Source: Acidobacteriota bacterium
Lineage (GTDB): Bacteria > Acidobacteriota > UBA890 > WLXD01
Direction of reading: 5' to 3'
Length of the DNA stretch: 64,000 bases
Assembly: GCA_963666055.2 (NCBI GenBank)
Contig: CAXWPH010000007.1
Coordinates: 293,921 to 357,920 of the forward strand
The position numbers were made by a program, and so were the translations under genes. This document shows, piece by piece, positions 1 to 9,884 of the stretch. Each line of letters opens with the position of its first letter. Position 1 is the stretch's first letter. The notes beneath the pieces are model-generated. The model saw nothing but the letters and a program-made list of their open reading frames with translations, did no database searches and had not been told where the DNA came from.

Positions 1-1581
1 GCCGCGGTGTGATCTACATGATCTCGCCGGGCTTCTTCCTGCACGCGCTCGACGCCGTCACTGGAAAGCCAATCGAGCAGTTCGGTAACGAGGGCACCGT
101 AGATCTGCTGGCGGACTTCGGCTATCCGTACGATGCCTGGGAGGGACTCCCCACCGACGTCGGCTACATCACCAACTCCTCGCCGCCGATGGTGGTCAAC
201 GACGTGGTGGTGGTAGGCAACTCGCACGAGCAGGGCTACCGGCAGACCCGACGCGAGAACGTGCCCGGGCACGTGCTGGCGTACGACGCGCGTTCTGGCG
301 AGCACCTGTGGAAGTTCAACGTCATTCCGCAGCCCGGCGAGTTCGGCCACGAGACCTGGGAAAGCGATGCCTGGTCGTACACCGGCAACGTCTCGGCTTG
401 GGCACCGATGGCCGCCGACCCGGAGCTCGGGCTGGTCTACTTCGCCACCGACCCACCGACCAACGATTACTGGGGAGGCCACCATCCCGGCGACAACCTC
501 TTCGCCACCTCGATAATCGCCGTCGATATCAAGACGGGTGAGCGCCGCTGGCATTTCCAAACGGTGCACCACGACATCTGGAACTACGACAACCCCACTG
601 CGCCGAACCTCGTCGACATCACCGTTGACGGCAAGAGGATTCCGGCGCTGGTACAGACCACGAAGCAGAGCTTCGCCTATGTGCTCAACCATGAGACCGG
701 CGAGCCGGTGTGGCCGATCGAGGAGCGCCCAGTTCCAAGATCGAAGATACCGGGTGAATACACTTCGCCGACGCAGCCCTTCCCGACCAGGCCGGCGGCG
801 TACGAGATGCAGGGTGTCACCGAGGACGACCTGATCGACTTCACACCACAGCTCCGGCAGGCGGCGATAGAGATGCTCAGCGAGTACGAGCTCGGGCCGC
901 TGTTCAACCCACCGCTGCACCGCGACAACGACCTGGGCCTCAGAGCCTCGGTCCATTGCCCGGGAGGCAACGGTGGCACCAACATCCCCGGTGGCGCGGC
1001 GGTCGACCCCGAGACCCAGATTCTCTACGTCGCGTCTACGAAGACTTGCTCCGCGCCGACGTTGATTCCAGGCAGCGAGGCAGATGCCCACGATCCCAAC
1101 CCGATCGGCAAGACGGTCACGGCGTGGGCCAGCGGACCGGGCTTTGGGCCCGGTGGAGTCCAGGGACTGCCCTACCTCAAGCCGCCCTACGGTCGCATCA
1201 CCGCGATCGATCTGAACACCGGCGAGCATCTGTGGTGGATTCCAAACGGCGACACAACCCGAGTCGATTACCCATCACCCGGCACTGCAAGGTCTCGACA
1301 TCCCCAACACCGGCAGGCCGTCACACGCCACCAAGGTGATCACCAAGACACTGCTCATCTACGCCGAGGGCCGCCGCGGCGCTCCACTGTTGCACGCGGT
1401 CGACAAGCTCACCGGCGAGCGGCTCGGCACGGTGGATATCCCGGCGCAGAGCAACAGCGCGCCGATGACCTACATGCACGAGGGCAGGCAGTACATCGTG
1501 CTGCCCATAGGTGGGCCGGCCCACTCCGGTTCGCTCGCCGCCGTGGCGCTACCTACCGGACAAGCCCAACCGGAGCACTAG
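1..1581 (+). CDS. PQQ-dependent dehydrogenase (quinoprotein glucose dehydrogenase-like), 5'-truncated by the window edge, with a frameshift near 1257
   Basis: Motifs WHFQTVHHDIWNYD, PGDNLFA, KPPYGRITAIDLNTGEHLW. After WIPNGDT, homologous sequence continues in another frame (PESITHHPALQGLDIPNTG...PMTYMHEGRQYIV) to TAG at 1581. Confidence 0.85.
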
Positions 1582-1602
1582 CAGGCCGTGGCGGCCTGCT
1601 AG
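1578..1602. repeat. Perfect hairpin CTAGCAGGCCG-TGG-CGGCCTGCTAG between convergent genes (CTAGCAGG repeat family, possible terminator)
   Basis: 11-bp arms with a 3-nt loop, overlapping the TAG stop of the PQQ gene. Confidence 0.75.
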
Positions 1603-3711
1603 CTATCCCTCGATACGCCTCGCCTCGAACACCCCGTTGGGCTGGATGAAACGGGCACCGGTGACAACCGCCGAGTCGTCGAGCAGAAACTCGAGGCTGA
1701 AGCCGCTCAGGCGACCGATAGCGAATTCGGTGCCGCGCATCGGCTCGAGCGCATAGACCGGCTGATCCGGCAAGGCAACCCGTAGCTCGGTACCGTGAAG
1801 CGTCACCTCGGCCCGCTGGCTGGATAGCTCGTAGACGCCGACGAACTGCGCCAAGTAGTGGGCATCCGAGAGCCGCTCGTCGGCGAGCTTGGTGAACACG
1901 ATGGGGTCCATCTGCGACTCGAACGGCACCGCGAGCTCGGCGATCTCGCCGGCGGTGTTGAGACGGAACAGCACCTTGGTGTCTTCGAACGTGGGATCTT
2001 CGCCGTCATCCATGCCGTTGAAGGTGTTGTGGTGCCAGTGCTCGAGGTTGACGGCCATGTTGTTGTATTTCATTCGCAGACCGCCCTCCTCGAGGGTCAC
2101 CTCGACGACCCCGTACCCCGGTTGGTCGTACTTGCCGGCGTACTCGGCCAGCGGATGCGTCGGCGTCGTGCCGGCCTTGCGCTTGGCCTCGGCGTTGATG
2201 TGCGCCTCCGCCTGCGCTCTCTCTCCTTCTTCGACGGCCTCCAGGGCCTCGGCGAGGTAGCCGGCGTCGTCGAGCCCCAGGATGCGATCGATCACCGTGC
2301 GCGCCACCGCCGTGGGCACCGGATTGGCGCCGGCCGCATTCGTATAGACCACCACGCCGAAGTCGTCCAATGGCAGCAAGGCGACCCAGGAGATGAACCC
2401 ATCGATGCCGCCACCATGCTGCACGAGGAAATGGCCGCGGTGAGCCTCGATCGACCAACCGAGGCCGTAGCCCATGGCCATCGTCCGCGACCTGCTCGGA
2501 TACTGCGAGATCGCCATGTGCGGCGTATGCATCTCCCGCAGCGTAGCCGCCTCGACGAGACGTTTGTCGCCGATCGCCCCGCCGCCCAGCTGCATCCGCA
2601 TCCACTGGCTCATCTCCGAGACCGACGAGTTGATCGATCCGGCCGGCCCGACGGTGTCGATGTTGCGGAACGGGATGAGTTGCGCGGCGCGATCTTCGAG
2701 CGCGTAGGGCGACGCGTGGTCGGGGTCCTGCTGCGAGGCCAGCACCGAGAAGTTCGAACGCTGCATGCCCAGCGGCGTGAAGATACGCTCGCGCACCAGG
2801 TCTTCCCAGCTTCTGCCGGTGATGCGCTCCGCCAGGTAGCCCGCGGTCATGAACATGAGGTTCTGATACTGGAACTCCTCGCCCAGGTCACGGGTGGGCT
2901 CCAGATACGCCAGGCGCGCAAAGAGCTCCTTGCGAGACAGCGGCGAGTTGTACCAGAGCAGGTCGTGGCGTGGCAGACCCGAGGCGTGGATCAGCAGATC
3001 GCGTACTTTCAACCGCCGTGTTGCGTGGTCGTCGTAGAGGCGGAAGGCCGGCAGATACTCGATCAGCGGCGTGTCCCAATCGAGCTCGCCTTCGTCGATC
3101 AACGTCCCGAGGATGAACGCGGTAAACGCCTTGGTGGTCGATCCGATGGCGAACAGCGTGTCGGGAGTAACGGGCGTGGCGTCGTCGACATGGCGCAGCC
3201 CATATCCCTTGGCGAACACCACCTCGTCGGCGGCAACCACGGCGATGGCCAGCCCGGGCACGCCGAAGTCCTCGAGCGCCCTCTCGATCACGGCATCGAT
3301 GTCGGCAAGCGCGGCGCGGGCGTTGTCGGCAATCGGCACGCCGCGCCTGAGCTCGAAGGGAAACGAGCCGCCCCCTTGAGTGAACTCGCCGCTAATCTGG
3401 TCGCCTTCGACGGTACCGTCGAAGGTCGGATCGCCGGGAACGCCGGCGATCGCAAAACGGACCGAGTCTCCGTCAACAGACAGTTCACCCAGCGGCAGGT
3501 CGGTGGCGCTCTGCGCCGGGATGCTGATCGTCCCCGCCAGGTCGCCGCCTGAGTCCGTGAAGTCGAGCTTGACCACCAGCGGTGATCCGGGGATGTCGAT
3601 CGAGCCTTCCCAGTGCCCGGCCAGCGTGGACTGGGCTCGCGCAGCCGCGGCCTGGAGCGCCACCAGCGCACCGACGAGGAATACAGCGTTGACAACGGTG
3701 GTTCGCCGCAT
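1603..3711 (-). CDS. Secreted serine hydrolase, beta-lactamase/class C family, with DUF3471-like C-terminal domain
   Basis: Signal peptide; SxxK (GSTTKAF), YxN (FQYQN) and HGG motifs. Confidence 0.9.
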   Translation of the reverse strand: MRRTTVVNAVFLVGALVALQAAAARAQSTLAGHWEGSIDIPGSPLVVKLDFTDSGGDLAGTISIPAQSATDLPLGELSVDGDSVRFAIAGVPGDPTFDGTVEGDQISGEFTQGGGSFPFELRRGVPIADNARAALADIDAVIERALEDFGVPGLAIAVVAADEVVFAKGYGLRHVDDATPVTPDTLFAIGSTTKAFTAFILGTLIDEGELDWDTPLIEYLPAFRLYDDHATRRLKVRDLLIHASGLPRHDLLWYNSPLSRKELFARLAYLEPTRDLGEEFQYQNLMFMTAGYLAERITGRSWEDLVRERIFTPLGMQRSNFSVLASQQDPDHASPYALEDRAAQLIPFRNIDTVGPAGSINSSVSEMSQWMRMQLGGGAIGDKRLVEAATLREMHTPHMAISQYPSRSRTMAMGYGLGWSIEAHRGHFLVQHGGGIDGFISWVALLPLDDFGVVVYTNAAGANPVPTAVARTVIDRILGLDDAGYLAEALEAVEEGERAQAEAHINAEAKRKAGTTPTHPLAEYAGKYDQPGYGVVEVTLEEGGLRMKYNNMAVNLEHWHHNTFNGMDDGEDPTFEDTKVLFRLNTAGEIAELAVPFESQMDPIVFTKLADERLSDAHYLAQFVGVYELSSQRAEVTLHGTELRVALPDQPVYALEPMRGTEFAIGRLSGFSLEFLLDDSAVVTGARFIQPNGVFEARRIEG

Positions 3712-3758
3712 GACGGTGCCTCCGAGAGGGGATTGCCAGGTGCGCAGAATTCTACCGG

Positions 3759-3983
3759 CTAGTGTCCTGTAACAGAGGTTCGTTGTGCCTCGCCCGGCTC
3801 CGGTTCCGCAGTGGGCACGTGCACCGGCAAGAGCACCCGGCCTTCCTGGACCACGAGCTCGCCGTCCCGCACCACCGAGACCACGTTGGCAAGGTCGCGG
3901 ATGCGCTCGTCCGGACGGCCGTCGACGACTCGTCGCCTACTGCGGAGCTCCGGCAATGCCATCACGGGGCGCCTGCTCATCAT
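3759..3983 (-). pseudogene. Relic of an amidohydrolase-family gene (C-terminal strand only)
   Basis: VVDGRPDERIRDLANVVSVVRDGELV resembles the terminal composite-domain motif of amidohydrolases. No catalytic barrel lies upstream. Confidence 0.55.
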
Positions 3984-4025
3984 GAATCATGTGACCCGAC
4001 GCCTCGGAGCAGCTGAAGCGTCCGG

Positions 4026-4700
4026 CTAGTCGATGGCGAAGCAGTAGAACAAGCCGTCGCCGCCGGTGCCCTGCAGGTCCTCCTGGCCGCAGCCACGCGA
4101 GCCGTGCGCCGAGTTCCACGACGTGGGGTTATCGCCACCGCCGCTGCGATCGAAATGCCCCACAAGGGCGCTGCCGTCGGAGCGACTCGTCCAATTGCTG
4201 CAGGTGTGGTCCTCATCGTCGGCCAGCAAAGTACCGTCCATCTGGACACCGGTAAGAATGTCGTGACGGTTGGGACTGTCGCCGCGGCCTTTCACCGTGT
4301 CGCCGTTCTCGGTAAGAACGGTCTCCTTAGTCATGTTGTTGTCGCCATGGAGATTGGCCACATCGGTGGCCACGACCACGCCACGCACATTGCGCCACGG
4401 CCCGCTGCCAATGCGGTCACCAGCGTTGACCGCCGGCCGGCCGTCGGACGCCGCGGCGCCGAGATATGCCCGCCACGTGCTATCCCCTGCGCCAACCGCC
4501 CGCGCCAGCATCTCGCAACGGGCGTCAGCGCCCGCCAGACCGCCCAGATCGGCACCGTTGCCACTTCCCGAGCTCGTGATGAAGAAGCTCATCTCATTCG
4601 CTTGAGCGCTCGACTCTGCCACCGCGGTCGCTTCCGGCACGGCGGTGGCGAGCGTTGCGAGCAACAACAACGTAATCGCAAGAATCACGGTCTTTCGCAT
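4026..4700 (-). CDS. Secreted endostatin/collagen NC10-like (C-type lectin fold) protein
   Basis: RBS and signal peptide MRKTVILA; motifs MSFFITS, GADLGGLAGADARC, WRAYL, IGSGPW, HDILTG, TCSNWTS, LFYCFA. Confidence 0.75.
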   Translation of the reverse strand: MRKTVILAITLLLLATLATAVPEATAVAESSAQANEMSFFITSSGSGNGADLGGLAGADARCEMLARAVGAGDSTWRAYLGAAASDGRPAVNAGDRIGSGPWRNVRGVVVATDVANLHGDNNMTKETVLTENGDTVKGRGDSPNRHDILTGVQMDGTLLADDEDHTCSNWTSRSDGSALVGHFDRSGGGDNPTSWNSAHGSRGCGQEDLQGTGGDGLFYCFAID

Positions 4701-4792
4701 ATCGATCTCCCCTCGGACGGAGCGCAACGGAGTGGACGGGCTGGAGTGTACGGAAAATACCGGCCGCCAGCGAGCCCCCCCCCAGGTCGTGG

Positions 4793-4825
4793 CTAGCAGG
4801 TCGTGATGGAAGCGTGGCCTGCTAG
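4793..4825. repeat. CTAGCAGG...CCTGCTAG inverted-repeat mini-element
   Basis: CTAGCAGG at 4793 and CCTGCTAG ending at 4825; same family as copies at 1578, 16609, 22072 and 38638. Confidence 0.65.
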
Positions 4826-4979
4826 AACTTCGCGACGTTGGCTTTGATCGCCGCCGATACGTACGTCGACAGGCCTTCGGCGCCGCCATCGCTCCTTCGG
4901 AATCCGGCGGGTGGCCGGCGGCCAACCGCGCCGCCAGCTCCTCGACGATCGCCCCGCTCTCAGCCTTGATTGCCTTCCA
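4822..4979 (-). pseudogene. Relic of a TipAS (MerR/TipA-type effector-binding) domain with an internal deletion
   Basis: WKAIKAESGAIVEELAARLAAGHPPDSEGAMAA joined out of frame to AEGLSTYVSAAIKANVAKF*. The central part of the domain is missing. Confidence 0.6.
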
Positions 4980-5115
4980 TCACCCTCGACCGACAGAACC
5001 ATCCCAAACGGCACCATCACAACGGCATCGTGCAGACCCGCGACAGCGGACGAGTAGACTGGGCGCATGCTCGAGAGCAACCTCATCCAGACGGAGGCCG
5101 CACCCTTGGCGAGTC

Positions 5116-6585
5116 GTGCCTGAGGCCATCGAACGCTGGCGCGTGGCTCCCGATCTCAGTATCTCGCGCGTGCTCACCGGCCTGTGGCAGATTGCCGACA
5201 TGGAGCGCGACGGCCGTTCGGTCAACCGCGCAGCCGCCGCCGGCGCGATGGAACCGTACGTCGAGGCTGGCTTCACCACCTTCGACATGGCCGACCACTA
5301 CGGCTCGGCGGAGAAGATTGCCGGCGAGTTCGTCCAGCGCCACGGCGCCGACTCGGTTCAACTGCTGACCAAGTGGGTACCCAAGCCCGGAGCAACCAGC
5401 CGCGATGAAGTGCGCGCCGCGGTCGAGCTGGCCTTGGAGCGGCTGCGCAGCGACCGCATCGACCTGCTCCAGTACCACACCTGGAACTACGCCGACCCCG
5501 CCTACCTGGACACCCTATTTTATCTACAGGAGCTCAAAGAGGAGGGGCTCATCGGCCACCTCGGGCTCACCAACGTGGACACGCCACATCTCAGGATCCT
5601 CATCCACACCGGCATCGAGGTGGTCTCCAATCAGGTGTCTTTCTCGCTCCTCGATCAGCGGTGCCGCGTCAACGGCATGACCGAGCTGTGCCGGCAGCAC
5701 GACATCACGCTGCTGGCGTTCGGCACCCTCGCCGGGGGATTCCTCAGCGAGCGCTGGCTGCACCAGCCGGAGCCCGACTGGGAAGGTGTCGAAACCTGGT
5801 CGAAGATGAAATACGGCCGGTTCATTCGCACCGCCGGCGGGTGGGAGGCATTTCAGGCGCTGCTTCGTGTGGTGCAGGCTGTTGCCACACGCCACGAGGT
5901 CTCGATAGCGAACGTCGCCTGCCGCTACATCCTCGATCAACCCGCCGTCGGCGGCGTGATCCTGGGGGCGCGCCTCGGTGTCAGCGAACACCGCGATGAC
6001 AACAGCCGTCTGTTCGAGCTCGCCCTCGATGATGCGGGCCGATCGGAGATCGACGCGGCGGTAGCCCGACTCGACCCGATACCCGGTGACTGCGGCGACG
6101 AGTACCGACGAGCACCGTTCCTGACGGCGACGGGCGACCTCAGCCACCACATCGAATGCCTGCCGCCCCCCTACGAGGCATGCCGTGGCGTCGACGGCCG
6201 CACCCGGGTGCTGACCGGCACGGTCTGGGAAGAACTCGCCGGCTTCAGTCGGGCCGTGCGCCAGGGCGATCGGATCGTGGTGTCCGGAACCACCGCCACG
6301 TACGGTAAGCGATTGATTGGTGGCAACGACGCCGAAGCACAGACGCACTTCCTGATCGACAAGATCGAGGGCGCCCTGCAATCGTTGGGCGCGCGGCTCG
6401 ACGATGTGATCCGAACTCGCGTCTACATCAACAACGAGGCCGACTGGGAGCCGGTCTCCCGGGTCCACGGCGACCGGTTTCGCCACATCCTGCCGGCGAA
6501 TACCCTGGTCCAATCTGGGATCATCGGTTCCGGGTATCTCGTCGAGATGGAAGCAGAGGCATGGCTAACGGCAGATCAACGCTGA
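5116..6585 (+). CDS. Aldo/keto reductase fused to a C-terminal Rid (YjgF/YER057c) domain
   Basis: AKR motifs GLWQ, FDMADHYG, TKWVP, IDLLQYH; C-terminal GFSRAVR...VSGTTAT...DVIRTRVY...PANTLV...LVEMEAEA. GTG start inferred. Confidence 0.85.
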   Translation: MPEAIERWRVAPDLSISRVLTGLWQIADMERDGRSVNRAAAAGAMEPYVEAGFTTFDMADHYGSAEKIAGEFVQRHGADSVQLLTKWVPKPGATSRDEVRAAVELALERLRSDRIDLLQYHTWNYADPAYLDTLFYLQELKEEGLIGHLGLTNVDTPHLRILIHTGIEVVSNQVSFSLLDQRCRVNGMTELCRQHDITLLAFGTLAGGFLSERWLHQPEPDWEGVETWSKMKYGRFIRTAGGWEAFQALLRVVQAVATRHEVSIANVACRYILDQPAVGGVILGARLGVSEHRDDNSRLFELALDDAGRSEIDAAVARLDPIPGDCGDEYRRAPFLTATGDLSHHIECLPPPYEACRGVDGRTRVLTGTVWEELAGFSRAVRQGDRIVVSGTTATYGKRLIGGNDAEAQTHFLIDKIEGALQSLGARLDDVIRTRVYINNEADWEPVSRVHGDRFRHILPANTLVQSGIIGSGYLVEMEAEAWLTADQR

Positions 6586-7823
6586 GCTTGGCACTCGTCG
6601 TCATCGGGGTGTCGCTGGTCGTCGCCACCCTGCTGGCGACGGTCGGCGGAGCGCGCGGCCAGGAAATGCCCGATTGGACCAGGATCACCCCCTCCATCGA
6701 GGCAACGGGGTTCGTCGAACGCCTTCCCATCGAGGTCCTGCAAACGAAGCTCTTCCTCGAGCTCGAGCTTGGCGGGCACCCGCGGTCGGTGATATTCGAT
6801 ACCGGCTCCCCCAGCGTGCTCAGCAAGCCACTGGCGACCGAGCTCGGCCTGGAGATCATCGATACCATCCGAACCGTCGACGCCAACGGCACACGCATCG
6901 ACAGCGAGGTGGCGGTGCTTGACGAGCTCCGGCTCGGCAGTCTGAGCGTGCGCAACCTCCCGGTGATTGTTGCCGACCTCTCGAAGGCACCGATCGCCAG
7001 CTGCCTGTTCGATGCCGTGCTCGGCTCCAACATCCTGCAGGTCTGCAACTGGCAGATTGACGTCGCCGGGCGAACGCTGACCTGCGCCGACCGGCTCGAG
7101 GACTTGCCGTTCATCGACGAAAGCGCCTCGGTGCTGCTACGCGAGTTCGGCTATCCCTACTCGCCGATCCTCGACACCGAGTTTCACAACGGCATGACGA
7201 GCACCGCGATGTTCGATACCGGTTCGCCCGAGTACGTTGCTCTGACGCGCCGCGAGTTCGAGGACCTCGAGCGCACCGGTGCGATCGAGCGTAGCGCGAT
7301 GGTCCGCGGGTTCGGCTCCGCCGGAGAATCGCTCGGTGGCATGGGCCAGGATCAGGAGACCTTTCTGCTGTCGCTCAGTCGGCTCTGGATCGGCGAGCTC
7401 GAGCTCGTGGACGTGGTGGCACGAACGCAGCAGGAAGCGCCCACACTCATCGGTGCCAGCCTGCTGGAGCACTATCTGGTGACCCTGGCGTATCCACACA
7501 AGCGAGCTTTCTTCTACAAGAATTCAGAGGCGCCGCTGCGGCGAACCGGCTTTGGCTTTGGCCCCGATTTCGATGCGCAAACGGTTACCGCCAGCTTCGT
7601 CTGGGAAGAATCCCCCGCCTACAAAGCGGGAATCCGCCCCGGCGATCGGCTCATGCGCATCGGCGATTCCGACCTGTCCGAGATCACCCAGCAGAGCCGC
7701 TGCCCGATAATACGCGACGTCCTCGACTCGTTAGATGGCGATGCCACGCTGCGCGTCGACTTCGAGCACGAAGGCGCCGCGACGAGGGTCGAGCTCACCC
7801 GGCAGCCGACGCTACAGCGCTGA
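6561..7823 (+). CDS. Secreted double retropepsin-like aspartyl protease with C-terminal PDZ domain
   Basis: Two FDTGS motifs; SPAYKAGIRPGD PDZ signature; N-terminal signal peptide. Confidence 0.85.
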   Translation: MANGRSTLSLALVVIGVSLVVATLLATVGGARGQEMPDWTRITPSIEATGFVERLPIEVLQTKLFLELELGGHPRSVIFDTGSPSVLSKPLATELGLEIIDTIRTVDANGTRIDSEVAVLDELRLGSLSVRNLPVIVADLSKAPIASCLFDAVLGSNILQVCNWQIDVAGRTLTCADRLEDLPFIDESASVLLREFGYPYSPILDTEFHNGMTSTAMFDTGSPEYVALTRREFEDLERTGAIERSAMVRGFGSAGESLGGMGQDQETFLLSLSRLWIGELELVDVVARTQQEAPTLIGASLLEHYLVTLAYPHKRAFFYKNSEAPLRRTGFGFGPDFDAQTVTASFVWEESPAYKAGIRPGDRLMRIGDSDLSEITQQSRCPIIRDVLDSLDGDATLRVDFEHEGAATRVELTRQPTLQR

Positions 7824-7864
7824 GCCACCGCGCCCCGAGCCCCGGCAGGGGTATTCTGGAGCTC

Positions 7865-8281
7865 ATGCCATACAGGCGACTTGCCGCACTCAGCACACTG
7901 GTAGTGACCGCCAACCTGCTCATCGGGGCGGCGCACATGCTGGCTCACCTGCAGCTCGGCGTGGCGCTTGCCCCGTCGCAGGATATATTCGTGAGCGTGG
8001 TGGTCGTAACGAGCCCGATCGTGGCGGCAGTCCTGGTACGTACGCCTTTGCGGCGCATCGGCGCCAGCCTGCTCACCGGGTCGATGGCGGGCGCCTTCGT
8101 CTTCAGCACCTACTTCCACTACATCTTGGTATCGTCCGACCACGTCGCGCACCTGCCGGAGGGCGAGCTGGAGTGGTTGTTTCGCCTGACCGCGGCGTTG
8201 CTGCTGGTGGCTCAGGGACTAGGAGTATCGATTGGCGTGCTCATGATGCGAGCGATACAGGAGGGAACATGGCGGACGTAA
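7865..8281 (+). CDS. Hypothetical membrane protein with about 4 TM helices
   Basis: Four hydrophobic segments with His residues; overlaps the start of the cupin gene. Confidence 0.65.
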   Translation: MPYRRLAALSTLVVTANLLIGAAHMLAHLQLGVALAPSQDIFVSVVVVTSPIVAAVLVRTPLRRIGASLLTGSMAGAFVFSTYFHYILVSSDHVAHLPEGELEWLFRLTAALLLVAQGLGVSIGVLMMRAIQEGTWRT

Positions 8282-8604
8282 CGCTGCGAACCATCGACGA
8301 GCTCGACGGCCACGAGAGCATGTTCCTCTACGCTGGCAAGGCCCTGGGAGTGACCGCCTGGGGCATGAACGTCCTCAAGCTACCCGCCGGGTGGGACGAC
8401 TATCCGGAACACGACCACAACGAGGACGGACACGAGGAGGTTTACGTAACGCTGGAAGGCAGCGCCACGCTCGAGGCAGACGGCGAGACCTGGTTGCTTG
8501 AGCCCGGCAACCTGGCCCGCGTTGGCCCGGCGCAGAAGCGCAGGATCGTCCCCGGTAGCGAGGGCGTCGTCTTGCTGGCGATCGGCGGACCTGCCGAGAA
8601 CTGA
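8269..8604 (+). CDS. Cupin domain protein
   Basis: RBS GGAGG; motif PEHDH...HEEVYVTLEGSA. Confidence 0.85.
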   Translation: MADVTLRTIDELDGHESMFLYAGKALGVTAWGMNVLKLPAGWDDYPEHDHNEDGHEEVYVTLEGSATLEADGETWLLEPGNLARVGPAQKRRIVPGSEGVVLLAIGGPAEN

Positions 8605-8872
8605 TTCGTTGGGCGGCGCGCGCCTCGCGATCATCCATACAAAGAACCGCCGCGGACGCCACCGAGCCCGCGGCACGTGATCGCCTCGATCTAGCTGGCA
8701 GGCCTACGAGGCTGTTGACCGCCTCTACCACTGGATCGTGCCCTGATCGGCAAGGCCCAGCCCTTGCCAGCAACCGCCCCTTACCGTTTACTTGCTTCGC
8801 CCATTGTCGATGACCCTGGTCGGCGATACGACGCCCGGCCGGGCCCGAACTGCTGGAACAAGGAAGGCACCG

Positions 8873-9874
8873 ATGCGGAAGCTCAGCGTCCTCGTTATCG
8901 CCCTCATACTCGTAGGCGCTTCGACCCTGATGATCGGAGGCGTGAACGTAGCGCCGGCTCGAGCAGCCGACCACCGAGATGGCCCCAACGCCCTGGCCGA
9001 TGGTCGTACGGACATCGGCGACACTTACATCTTCCCGGCAAAAAAGCGCAACTACACCGTCATGGTGATGACCGTAGACCCGTTCGCCGGCCTGTTGAGC
9101 CCCACGACGTTCAACGATGCCGCGACCTACGAGTTCAAGATCGACAATACCGGCGACAACAAGGTCGACACCATATGGACCGCCGAGTTCAGCGGCTCGA
9201 GCAGAGGCGCGGCCGGCCGCATGACGGTGTCTCAGGACGGCAAGAATCGCGGCTCTGGCGCCGTCGACAGCGATTTCTCCCTCAGGGGGGGCGGCACGGC
9301 GATGGCGGGCATGTTCGACGATCCGTTCTACTTCGACGCCGCAGCGGCGGGTAACGACCTTCAGTTCTGCCCCGGCGGAGTAGGAAGTGACTTCTTCGCC
9401 TTCGGCAACATCATGGCGATCATCCTCGAAGTACCCACGAAGAGCCTGTTCGATGGCGCCGCCCAGATCGGTTTCTGGGGGGCGACGCGCGTCAACGCAC
9501 GGCAGATTGACCGCATCGGCGGGCCGTTCGTCAACCTTTTCTTGCTGCCGACCAGTGCTCTGATGAACAAGTTCAACAAGAACAAGCAGCCGCATCGCGA
9601 CCCGAAGAAGTTCGGCGACGTCGTGACGCAGACAATTCAGGGACTGGGGGCCGACGCCGCCACCGCCGCAGCTTTGGCGGGCTTGTTGCTACCGGACGTC
9701 ATGGCCTACAGCACCGCCGCAGCAGCCGGCTTCCCGAACGGCCGTGGCCTGGCTGACGACGTCACCGACGTTAATCTGATGACGCTTACTGGCGATGCGA
9801 ACGCCACAGATTGCGTCGACAGTAACGACAAGGACTTCAGCTCCAAGTTCCCGTACCTGGCGCCGGCGCACTAG
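8873..9874 (+). CDS. DUF4331 family secreted protein
   Basis: Signal peptide; AADHRDGP, DIGDTY, YEFKIDN, DDPFYFD, QIDRIGGP, FPNGRGLADDV, FPYLAPAH. Confidence 0.9.
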   Translation: MRKLSVLVIALILVGASTLMIGGVNVAPARAADHRDGPNALADGRTDIGDTYIFPAKKRNYTVMVMTVDPFAGLLSPTTFNDAATYEFKIDNTGDNKVDTIWTAEFSGSSRGAAGRMTVSQDGKNRGSGAVDSDFSLRGGGTAMAGMFDDPFYFDAAAAGNDLQFCPGGVGSDFFAFGNIMAIILEVPTKSLFDGAAQIGFWGATRVNARQIDRIGGPFVNLFLLPTSALMNKFNKNKQPHRDPKKFGDVVTQTIQGLGADAATAAALAGLLLPDVMAYSTAAAAGFPNGRGLADDVTDVNLMTLTGDANATDCVDSNDKDFSSKFPYLAPAH

Positions 9875-9884
9875 TACCGAGCGA

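Noticed and set aside
1858-3552. Long antisense ORFs (this one; also 9837-11435, 25665-26837 and 47215-48843)
   Set aside because: Shadow frames opposite well-supported genes, typical of high-GC DNA, with no recognisable motifs.
3759-3776. CTAGTGTCCTGT (and CTAGTGTGCTGT at 16519) as IS-end relics
   Set aside because: Only two short, diverged matches, with no partner end or transposase.
4775-4783. C9 homopolymer as a phase-variable promoter tract
   Set aside because: No promoter elements can be placed around it, and one run in GC-rich DNA is weak evidence.
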